Below, piece after piece: positions 8,829 through 15,984 of a stretch of DNA of 36,702 nt. Numbering within the stretch: position 1 is the stretch's first letter; each line of letters opens with the position of its first letter. The notes beneath the pieces were generated by a model, which saw only the letters and a list, made by a program, of their open reading frames with translations, searched no databases and had not been told where the DNA came from. The DNA is from a virus (taxonomy: Duplodnaviria > Caudoviricetes): positions 1 through 36,702 of the IMG/VR virus record IMGVR_UViG_3300036770_003903; one strand, 5' to 3'. The translations under genes were made by a program, and so were the position numbers.

Positions 8829-8881
8829 AATTTTGCGTTGAATTTATGTCCCCTTGGCCAATCAATACAATAGGCCAATAA
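8811..8881 (-). repeat. Copy 2 (inverted) of the approximately 70-bp element; overlaps a long hairpin at 8838-8898
   Basis: See 7248-7318. GTTGAATTTATG...CATAAATTCAAC arms enclose an inner TTGGCC/GGCCAA stem. Confidence 0.65.
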
Positions 8882-8952
8882 AGGTCATAAATTCAACTAT
8901 ATAGAAGTCCGAAAAGTTATTAACAAAATGCGCCAATAATCCGATCGGACAG

Positions 8953-8981
8953 TTTACATGGTTCTTGGTCCATGTTACGAT
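8953..8981 (+). promoter_or_regulatory. sigma70-type promoter with an operator-like palindrome across the spacer
   Basis: TTTACA-N17-TACGAT, with CATGG-N8-CCATG at 8957-8974. Confidence 0.65.
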
Positions 8982-9017
8982 GTTTATCCGCAGTTTTGCG
9001 GACATAAAGGAGAAAGT

Positions 9018-9218
9018 ATGAAAGTTCATGAATTGATCGAGATCTTACAAGATCACAGTCCCAATGACGAAGTTCAGTTGGCCATTGAGCCCTCTCGTCC
9101 GTTCCATAGTCCTCTTCGTGGGGTAGTCAAGCCATCTGCCGGATCGCCCGTTTTCTTGCTTGAAGACTACGGTTCGCAGCCCTTGAACATCGATGTCTGG
9201 AGGTTGCTCGATGAGTAA
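9018..9218 (+). CDS. Early hypothetical protein
   Basis: ATG at 9018 after AAAGGAG; the MKVHELIEILQ start is typical of small phage ORFs. Confidence 0.7.
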   Translation: MKVHELIEILQDHSPNDEVQLAIEPSRPFHSPLRGVVKPSAGSPVFLLEDYGSQPLNIDVWRLLDE

Positions 9219-9732
9219 TATCGAACTTTGCACCAGTATCGAAGAGCTCAAGAAGTATTCCATGCAAGACTTGTCTTCGTTGTATTCGAAGATCGTCAAA
9301 GCTCATTGTCCAAAATTCAGTGATAAGACTGCTGCAGCCAAGAGGATTCTTCCCTTGCTCGAGCAAAAAAGATCTGAATCCAAGTTGACCATTGTTCCTG
9401 TGCCCGAGCTCTCGTTCGTGTTCAGTCCTGATGGTGGAGCCATTGTTTCAGGCAAGCGTAAGCGTGGTCGTCCGGCTCATCAGCTTGACAAGCGGATCTA
9501 TCACTTCAATTTCGAGCGATTCTATGATCGCGAGCGAGAGTTCGCGCCACAAGCAAAGCAGATCCTTCGTGCTTTGTCTGCAAAGAATTTGACTTCGATC
9601 AGTGAAGCCGAATTGATTCCTCTTGTCTCTGTCAAAACAAAGCAAGATCCTTGGCGCATTTTCCAGTATTATCGTCCGAAGATGATCAGTCGCGGTGTTC
9701 TAAGGATCGAAAATGCGTCGCAATCTGTCTGA
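9211..9732 (+). CDS. Putative DNA-binding early protein (AT-hook-like KRKRGRP plus a C-terminal domain shared with 10860-11090)
   Basis: ATG at 9211 after GGAGG; basic protein whose C-terminal half aligns by eye to the 76-aa ORF. Confidence 0.65.
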   Translation: MSNIELCTSIEELKKYSMQDLSSLYSKIVKAHCPKFSDKTAAAKRILPLLEQKRSESKLTIVPVPELSFVFSPDGGAIVSGKRKRGRPAHQLDKRIYHFNFERFYDREREFAPQAKQILRALSAKNLTSISEAELIPLVSVKTKQDPWRIFQYYRPKMISRGVLRIENASQSV

Positions 9733-9829
9733 TTTAGAAGCTTTGCTGCTTATGATCGCCATTCCTGCTGCCGTTGTAATAGTACTAGTGCTATTATTCC
9801 TGCTTCGGGCGATCATTTTCCGTGTATGA
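9713..9829 (+). CDS. Small single-pass membrane protein (38 aa)
   Basis: Below the ORF-track cutoff. Reads MRRNLSDLEALLLMIAIPAAVVIVLVLLFLLRAIIFRV, has AAGGA upstream and fills the intergenic gap. Confidence 0.5.
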   Translation: MRRNLSDLEALLLMIAIPAAVVIVLVLLFLLRAIIFRV

Positions 9830-9860
9830 TAGCCATTCAACCTCTAGAAAGGAGAATCAC

Positions 9861-10844
9861 ATGGCACATTTAGTCGAAACCATGGCTTACGCCAACGAAA
9901 CCCCCTGGCATGGTCTGGGAGTCCAAGTCGCTGATGCTTTAACACCAGCAGAAATGGTCAATGCTGCCGGTCTTGATTGGACCGTTAGCCGTCGATCAAT
10001 GTTTACCACTCAGACGCCTGAGTTCAATGCTGCCGAAGCTACCCTCAAGACTGACGAATGGGGTGTTTTGGTCCGCGATTCGGACAACAAGATCCTAGGT
10101 CCTTGTGGCCGTAATTACATTCCGATGCAAAATGCGGACGTTTTCACCTTCTTCGACAAGTTTGTCAAGGCAGGTCACATGAAAATGGAAACCGCAGGCT
10201 CCCTTGACGGAGGCCGTCAGATCTGGGGCCTTGCGTCGATCCAAAAGGGCTTTGCTTTGCCAGGCCACGACGAAGTTAACGGATACTTGCTGCTCAATCA
10301 GCCGCACGTCTGGGGCAAGTCCTTGACGATCATGTTCACGCCAATCCGAGTCGTCTGCAATAACACCTTGACCATGGCTCTTCAAAAGGGCAGCGAAATC
10401 GGTCGTTTCAGCATGCCGCACGTTCGCGAATGGGGCACAGAGGTCATCGAGAAGGCCGAAACTGCATTGGGCATAGCAACACATCAACTCGATGCTTTCA
10501 AGGTCACCGCGGAGCTTCTGGCAAGAACCAGGTATGCCGAGAAACAGGTTACCAAGTACATTGCCGACCTTTTCAATCCTGCGCTAGTAGCCGAAAACGA
10601 CGAAATTACGCGAGACATGTTCACACGATCTGCGGACGAAGTCTATAATTGCATTCACACGCAGCCAGGAGCCGAACTGTCCGAAGGTACGTGGTGGACT
10701 GCTCTTAACGCAGTAACCTACTTCGTTGACCATAAGGCAGGTCGCAATCGCGATTCAGCTCTGACGTCTGCATGGTTCGGGCCGCGGGCCGCACTTAAGC
10801 GGAAAGCCCTTAACTTAGCTGTCGAGTACGCGCAGGCAGCTTAA
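9861..10844 (+). CDS. DUF932-family phage/plasmid protein
   Basis: Motifs MAH.VETMAY...PWHGLG, AGLDW.V, ETAGSL.GGR.IW and TPIRVVCNNTL; ATG 9861 after AGAAAGGAG. Confidence 0.88.
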   Translation: MAHLVETMAYANETPWHGLGVQVADALTPAEMVNAAGLDWTVSRRSMFTTQTPEFNAAEATLKTDEWGVLVRDSDNKILGPCGRNYIPMQNADVFTFFDKFVKAGHMKMETAGSLDGGRQIWGLASIQKGFALPGHDEVNGYLLLNQPHVWGKSLTIMFTPIRVVCNNTLTMALQKGSEIGRFSMPHVREWGTEVIEKAETALGIATHQLDAFKVTAELLARTRYAEKQVTKYIADLFNPALVAENDEITRDMFTRSADEVYNCIHTQPGAELSEGTWWTALNAVTYFVDHKAGRNRDSALTSAWFGPRAALKRKALNLAVEYAQAA

Positions 10845-10859
10845 CAGGAGAAAACCAGC

Positions 10860-11090
10860 ATGGTCACTTATCGCTTTATTTCTAACCCAGATCAACCCCT
10901 GGCGAAACAAGCGAAGGCCATTCTGGCGATTATCGCTGATGCTGGCGAAATTGGAAAGCAAGAACTGCTGACCTTGATCGGCCAGCGGATCGAAAAAACT
11001 CGCCAGAAGCCTCAACGTCTGTTGTCCTATTATCAGGGCAGCTTGATTAAAACAGGGGCTATCGAAGCAATCCGTTCCGTGGTACGATGA
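10860..11090 (+). CDS. Small basic protein, paralogue of the 9211-9732 C-terminus (possible winged helix)
   Basis: 76 aa with an AGGAG RBS; shares the pattern QAK.IL...EL...KT.Q.P.R...YY....I..G. Confidence 0.7.
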   Translation: MVTYRFISNPDQPLAKQAKAILAIIADAGEIGKQELLTLIGQRIEKTRQKPQRLLSYYQGSLIKTGAIEAIRSVVR

Positions 11091-11127
11091 TCACGGAGTC
11101 GTTCCGAGGCCGACTTTAAACGCCTCG
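11080..11127 (+). promoter_or_regulatory. Extended -10 promoter followed by an H-type pseudoknot leader
   Basis: TGG-TACGAT (11080-11088), then GAGTCG/CGACTT and CGAGGC/GCCTCG interleaved stems. Confidence 0.55.
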
Positions 11128-11150
11128 ACCCACCCTAGAAAGGAAATAGC

Positions 11151-11993
11151 ATGGCTAACGAAAGAGGTAAGAGTATCGATAAGACATTCCTGTCAATCGA
11201 TAATGCGGAAGAACGCGGATTTTTGCACCGCGACTACATTGCCCATTGTCTCAGATGGACGCACGTAGTCAAGTGGCTGCATCAGGCAGGTCGTTACAAA
11301 ACGGCCCGAATCCTTGATGTTGGTTGCGGCAAAGAAATGCCTTTGGCAAAGTTGATGCACTCATCACGCCTTGGCCCATCTTTCTATGCAGCAGCAGACG
11401 TAAGCAAGCTTGAAATGCCTGCCCAATTTGCCAAGTCTACATGGAAACCAAGCCAACTACTGAGCGAGTGTGATGCAGCAACTCTGAAGGTCGAGGAAAT
11501 GGAACAGCGTCCGAATACGATCGTCTGTTTTGAAGTCGTCGAACACATTGAACCAGAACACTGCCGTCGAATGCTGGCCAACTTTGGTCAATTGCTCGAA
11601 GACGATGGTACTGCCTTCATTTCAACACCTTGCTATGACGCAGATGTTGGTGCAGCAGCTAACCACGTCAACGAAATGACCTACGAAGCTTTTGGCGCTT
11701 TGCTCGAAGACATCGGTTGGCGTGTTGAAGGTCACTGGGGCACATTTGCCTCGATGCGTGACTATAAAGACGAATTGCCACCCGCCCATAAGGAGGTATT
11801 CGATGCCATGCGCGAATACTACGACAGCAACTATCTTGCGACAATCTTTGCTCCTCTGTATCCTAACCGTAGCCGCAACTGCCTATGGCAGCTCAAGTGG
11901 AACCCGGCAGGTCCCAGAATGTTCAAAGACTTGCGCGACGTCGAAGGACGCTGGGGTAGTTCTGACAAATGGCAAGAACTACTGGGCAGCTAG
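11151..11993 (+). CDS. Class I SAM-dependent methyltransferase (small-molecule/UbiG-like motifs)
   Basis: Motif I ILDVGCG, plus VCFEVVEHI, GTAFISTP and NHVNE. No DPPY/NPPY or C5-MTase motif arrangement. Confidence 0.85.
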   Translation: MANERGKSIDKTFLSIDNAEERGFLHRDYIAHCLRWTHVVKWLHQAGRYKTARILDVGCGKEMPLAKLMHSSRLGPSFYAAADVSKLEMPAQFAKSTWKPSQLLSECDAATLKVEEMEQRPNTIVCFEVVEHIEPEHCRRMLANFGQLLEDDGTAFISTPCYDADVGAAANHVNEMTYEAFGALLEDIGWRVEGHWGTFASMRDYKDELPPAHKEVFDAMREYYDSNYLATIFAPLYPNRSRNCLWQLKWNPAGPRMFKDLRDVEGRWGSSDKWQELLGS

Positions 11994-12020
11994 ATCAGCA
12001 GCTAAGTTTGGGTTAGTAAT

Positions 12021-12050
12021 GCTGGCGGTCGTAATGGCCGCCGGCTTTGT
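12021..12050 (+). terminator. GC-rich hairpin; possible weak terminator or processing site
   Basis: GCTGGCGGTC-GTAAT-GGCCGCCGGC-TTTGT, with only a short U tract. Confidence 0.4.
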
Positions 12051-12071
12051 CAGTTATAGAGAGGATAGCAA

Positions 12072-12428
12072 ATGTGGCAAGACATAAAAGCGTTTCATGA
12101 GAAGTTTGGTTTGGCTTATGACGGACCACCTCGTGATCTACCAAAAGACTTGGCGAGTTTTCGCCTTGGATTCATTTTTGAGGAACTAGATGAACTCATC
12201 ATTGCTGAAAATAAAGCCGATCAGCTCGACGCGCTGGTGGACCTTGTCTACGTGGTCATGGGCACTGCTTATTTACAAGGCTTTGACTTCAAAGAAGCGT
12301 GGGACCGCGTCCATAAGGCAAACATGGCGAAGATTCGTGGTGCTTCGAAACGTTCGGAAGGCTATGACGTCATCAAACCAGAAGGGTGGACTGCGCCGGA
12401 CCTACGAGATTTAGCAGGAGAAGCATGA
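12072..12428 (+). CDS. MazG-like (all-alpha) NTP pyrophosphohydrolase
   Basis: Motifs FHEKFG, EELDEL, DALVDLVYV..G, VHKANMAK and KPEGW..PDL. Confidence 0.88.
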   Translation: MWQDIKAFHEKFGLAYDGPPRDLPKDLASFRLGFIFEELDELIIAENKADQLDALVDLVYVVMGTAYLQGFDFKEAWDRVHKANMAKIRGASKRSEGYDVIKPEGWTAPDLRDLAGEA

Positions 12429-12961
12429 TGATCTTTGTACTTGAAGGTCCTGATGCCGTTGGCAAAACAACCTTGGCTCAACACATGCAGCAAGAGCTTG
12501 GTGCAGAGTATTTGCACTTGAGTTATCGCTGGCCAGACCACATGTTTGAGTATCACCATGCAGCTATTCGATGGGCTATTCGTAAAAGCCACAAGAAACC
12601 AGTCATCATTGACAGGTGGTGGCCAAGTGAAGCCTTGTATGCTGCTGAATATCGTGGCGGCAGCAAATGGCCTTGGATCAATCATGCATTAGATGCCATT
12701 GCACAACAAAACAACGTGCTCTACATCTACTGTTTGCCTGAAGATCTTGAATCCTATGCCAAGCGATTCGATCAAGTCAAGCAAGAACGCGAAGAAATGT
12801 ACGACAACACTGTCGGCGTTGCTAAACGTTACCTTGATCTATGGGAAATCTACAAAGCGCGCAGAGATCACATGAGGTATTCCATTGAAACCTATGGAAA
12901 AAACCTTTCTGCGTTTACAAAACTAGCTATGCAAAGGATTACCAAAAATGGCCTCAGTTGA
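12425..12961 (+). CDS. P-loop dNMP kinase (thymidylate-kinase-like)
   Basis: VLEGPDAVGKTT Walker A and IIDRWWPSE..Y; ATG at 12425 overlaps the previous stop. Confidence 0.85.
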   Translation: MMIFVLEGPDAVGKTTLAQHMQQELGAEYLHLSYRWPDHMFEYHHAAIRWAIRKSHKKPVIIDRWWPSEALYAAEYRGGSKWPWINHALDAIAQQNNVLYIYCLPEDLESYAKRFDQVKQEREEMYDNTVGVAKRYLDLWEIYKARRDHMRYSIETYGKNLSAFTKLAMQRITKNGLS

Positions 12962-13697
12962 TACAGAGTGGCTCAAGACAATTGAGCAGTGCATGCGATG
13001 GGGGCAAATCGTGTCTCCACGCGGCAAGAAGATCAAAGAACTTCTTGGTTATCAGACATCGATAAGCATGGAGTTTCCTATCTTGTCAATTCAAGAACGC
13101 AAGCTTGGCTACAAGTTCATGGCAGCTGAAGCAGCTTGGATCTTGAGTGGCGATAACCGAGTCAAGACAATTGCTCCATACAGCAAAGCTATCAGCAACT
13201 TCAGTGATGATGGCTACTTCTACCACGGTGCTTACGGGCCCATGATCCGCGATCAATTGCACTATGTGATTGACGCCTTGAACAGCGATCCTGATACAAG
13301 GCAAGCGGTTTTGACCATTTGGCGTCCAAACCCAAGGCCCAGTAAGGACATTCCATGCACGGTGTCGATTCAGTTCTTGATTCGTAATGGCATGCTGCAT
13401 GTAGTAGATACCATGCGCAGTTCAGATCTGTGGCTTGGTTGGCCTTATGACGTGTTCAACTTCAGTATGCTAGCTCGCTACGTGATCTGTCATTTGAAGG
13501 ATAAACCGTTCCTTGGTTTGTTGCTATTGCAAGCTGGCAGCATGCACATTTATGAAGATCAATGGTCAGCAGCTGAAGAGTTGCTAACAAGTGCTACGCC
13601 AACTGAGGTACCCAATATTCCTTGGTTCGAGCATGGCGATGATTTAGTTGATTGGTTATGGGAGCAGGCAAATGGCAAAGGCATTTTGGAGAGCTGA
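12948..13697 (+). CDS. Thymidylate-synthase-family enzyme, dCMP-type (dCMP hydroxymethylase-like)
   Basis: Motifs RQAV, DIPC137T, MRSSDLWLGWPYD168 and GSMHIY. Asp lies 31 residues after the catalytic Cys, where ThyA has Asn. Confidence 0.85.
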   Translation: MASVDTEWLKTIEQCMRWGQIVSPRGKKIKELLGYQTSISMEFPILSIQERKLGYKFMAAEAAWILSGDNRVKTIAPYSKAISNFSDDGYFYHGAYGPMIRDQLHYVIDALNSDPDTRQAVLTIWRPNPRPSKDIPCTVSIQFLIRNGMLHVVDTMRSSDLWLGWPYDVFNFSMLARYVICHLKDKPFLGLLLLQAGSMHIYEDQWSAAEELLTSATPTEVPNIPWFEHGDDLVDWLWEQANGKGILES

Positions 13698-14280
13698 GCG
13701 AGATGAATATTTCCTGGCTATGGCTGCACTTGTCTCACTTCGTGCGACGTGTAGGCGACGTCGTGTCGGCTGTGTACTTGTGGACGTACATCGCCATGTG
13801 CTTGCTACTGGTTATAACGGTGTCGCTCGTGGCAGGCCTCATTGTCTTGATGAACCATGTAGTGGTGCTGATCTCCCTTCAGGTATGGGGTTGGATCAAT
13901 GCCAGGCTATCCATGCCGAGCAAAACGCCATGCTCCAGTGCCGAGACACACAAGCAATCGACACGGCATACATCACGGTAAGTCCTTGCGTGACTTGCGT
14001 TAAGCTGCTTATGAACACCGGCTGCAAAAGAATAGTGTTTATTGAGAACTACACGCAGCTTGCTGCAAGAGATATATGGACAGGAGAATGGATTCACTAT
14101 GGACCAGTTGACAATGTTTATGCCCAACTCAAAATGGCGGCCGCCAACGGAGTTCCCAAATTTGACGAACGTCAAGAGGATCTCTTTGGACTGCGAAACG
14201 AGAGATCCAAACTTGATGGAGAGAGGGCCAGGAGGAGTACGCTACGACGGGAATGTTGTGGGGGTGAGTCTTGCGACTGA
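13672..14280 (+). CDS. dCMP deaminase family protein
   Basis: Motifs ATC.RRRVGCVLV, TGYNG, HAEQNA and SPCVTC (zinc deaminase). The C-terminal tail overlaps polA. Confidence 0.9.
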   Translation: MAKAFWRAERDEYFLAMAALVSLRATCRRRRVGCVLVDVHRHVLATGYNGVARGRPHCLDEPCSGADLPSGMGLDQCQAIHAEQNAMLQCRDTQAIDTAYITVSPCVTCVKLLMNTGCKRIVFIENYTQLAARDIWTGEWIHYGPVDNVYAQLKMAAANGVPKFDERQEDLFGLRNERSKLDGERARRSTLRRECCGGESCD

Positions 14281-15973
14281 GGACCAGGCTTGGTATTTTC
14301 CTTTTGCCCATGGTGGTGGCGATAACCTTGACAAGCAGCAGGTACTTCGATTCCTTGAAGACGTGCTTGGCAAAGATACGGAGAAAATAGGTGCAAATCT
14401 CATATACGATCTCGAATGGCTTCGCGCAGAGGGCATTCAAGTCAATGGTCAGATCCGCGACATCCAAATCGCGGAGCCTCTTATTGACGAGAACCAGTCT
14501 AGCTACAGCCTTTCGGCGCTTGCTAAGAAGTACCTTGGCGAAGACAAAGATGAAACGCTTCTCAAACAAGCCGCTCATTCTATGGGAGTCGACCCAAAGT
14601 CAGGACTTTGGAAACTGCCGGCCAGGTTCGTTGGTCCCTATGCAGAAGCCGATGCTGCCTTACCTCTCAAGATCTACGACTTGCAACGGAAAATCCTTGA
14701 ACAAGAAGACTTGTGGGACATCTTCCAACTCGAGTCAGACCTTGTGCCAATCATGCTTGACATGCGGTTCAAAGGAGTTCGAGTCGATGTCGACAAAGCC
14801 GAAGAGTTAAATGAACAAGGGTTGAAAGACGAAGTCAGGCTGCTTGCTGAGCTCAAAGATCTTGTTGGCTACGAAATCGATCCATGGTCTGGTGAAGACT
14901 TGAGTCGGGCTTTCAAAGACAAAGAGATCTGGTTTCCTGAAACAGCTAAAGGCAATCCATCATTCACTGGCGATTGGCTTGCTAATCACGAGATGCCTTT
15001 GCCGCAAAAGCTTGCTGAATACCGTAAGCTTAGCAAGATGCGTCGTGACTTTATTGAAGGCATGATTCTCAAGATGAGTCATTCAGGACGAATCCATTGT
15101 CAGTTCCATGCTTTACGCAGAGATGCTGATGGTACTCGTTCAGGACGATTTAGCAGCTCAATGCCTAACTTGCAGCAAGTTCCTGCTCGTGACGAGTATT
15201 GGGGTCCATTGATTCGTGGTCTGTTCTTGCCTGATGAAGGCACTGAATGGGCTAGTTGTGACTATAGCCAGCAAGAACCTAGGATCTTGGTGCATTACGC
15301 AGATTTGCTTGGGCTTAAAGGCAGTGATGAAGCAGTTAGAACTTACGCTGAATCAGCTGATACTGACTTCCATCAAATGGTTGCAGACATGGCAGGCATC
15401 AAGCGTAAGCAAGCTAAGACAGTAAACCTTGGCATGTTCTACGGCATGGGCATCTACAAACTCAGTCAAGAGTTAGGTCTTCCACAAGAAGAAGCCAAGC
15501 CATTGTTTGAGCAGTACCATGCACGAGTTCCTTTTGTTAGGCAACTCAGTCAACGTTGTACTCAATCAGCCACGCAAAAAGGTTGGATCAAGACTTTGCT
15601 AGGTCGCAAAAGACACTTTGATCTTTGGGAACCGGCTGATAGTCAAAACACTTGGCCAAACAGGGAAACACCGCTGCCATTGCAGCATGCCGAGAAAATT
15701 TGGAAAGGGCGCCCATTACGTAGGTCTATGACGCACAAAGCTTTGAATGCTCTTATTCAAGGTGGAGCCGCTGATATGACTAAAAAAGCAATGGTCGATT
15801 TGTACAAAGCAGGAGAAGTCGCACACATTCAGGTTCACGACGAACTTTGTTTCAGTGTGCGCAATCGGGCTCATGGTGAACGAATCAAAGACATCATGGA
15901 GCATTGTGTTAAGATAGCTGTGCCGATCAAAGTCGATCTTGAAATGGGACCGACTTGGGGCGACAGCAAATAA
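14099..15973 (+). CDS. polA: Family A DNA polymerase with 3'-5' exonuclease
   Basis: ExoI LDCET, YAEAD, SGRFSS..PNLQQ, motif A DYSQQEPR, motif B KTVNLGMFYG and motif C VHDE. Confidence 0.95.
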   Translation: MDQLTMFMPNSKWRPPTEFPNLTNVKRISLDCETRDPNLMERGPGGVRYDGNVVGVSLATEDQAWYFPFAHGGGDNLDKQQVLRFLEDVLGKDTEKIGANLIYDLEWLRAEGIQVNGQIRDIQIAEPLIDENQSSYSLSALAKKYLGEDKDETLLKQAAHSMGVDPKSGLWKLPARFVGPYAEADAALPLKIYDLQRKILEQEDLWDIFQLESDLVPIMLDMRFKGVRVDVDKAEELNEQGLKDEVRLLAELKDLVGYEIDPWSGEDLSRAFKDKEIWFPETAKGNPSFTGDWLANHEMPLPQKLAEYRKLSKMRRDFIEGMILKMSHSGRIHCQFHALRRDADGTRSGRFSSSMPNLQQVPARDEYWGPLIRGLFLPDEGTEWASCDYSQQEPRILVHYADLLGLKGSDEAVRTYAESADTDFHQMVADMAGIKRKQAKTVNLGMFYGMGIYKLSQELGLPQEEAKPLFEQYHARVPFVRQLSQRCTQSATQKGWIKTLLGRKRHFDLWEPADSQNTWPNRETPLPLQHAEKIWKGRPLRRSMTHKALNALIQGGAADMTKKAMVDLYKAGEVAHIQVHDELCFSVRNRAHGERIKDIMEHCVKIAVPIKVDLEMGPTWGDSK

Positions 15974-15984
15974 AGGAGAAAGCT

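Noticed and set aside
11151-11993. Conventional DNA methyltransferase of a restriction-modification system
   Set aside because: It lacks DPPY/NPPY/SPPY and the C5-MTase motif order, and no partner endonuclease is adjacent.
12948-13697. Ordinary thyA
   Set aside because: Asp rather than Asn at the specificity position, and PCT rather than PCH.
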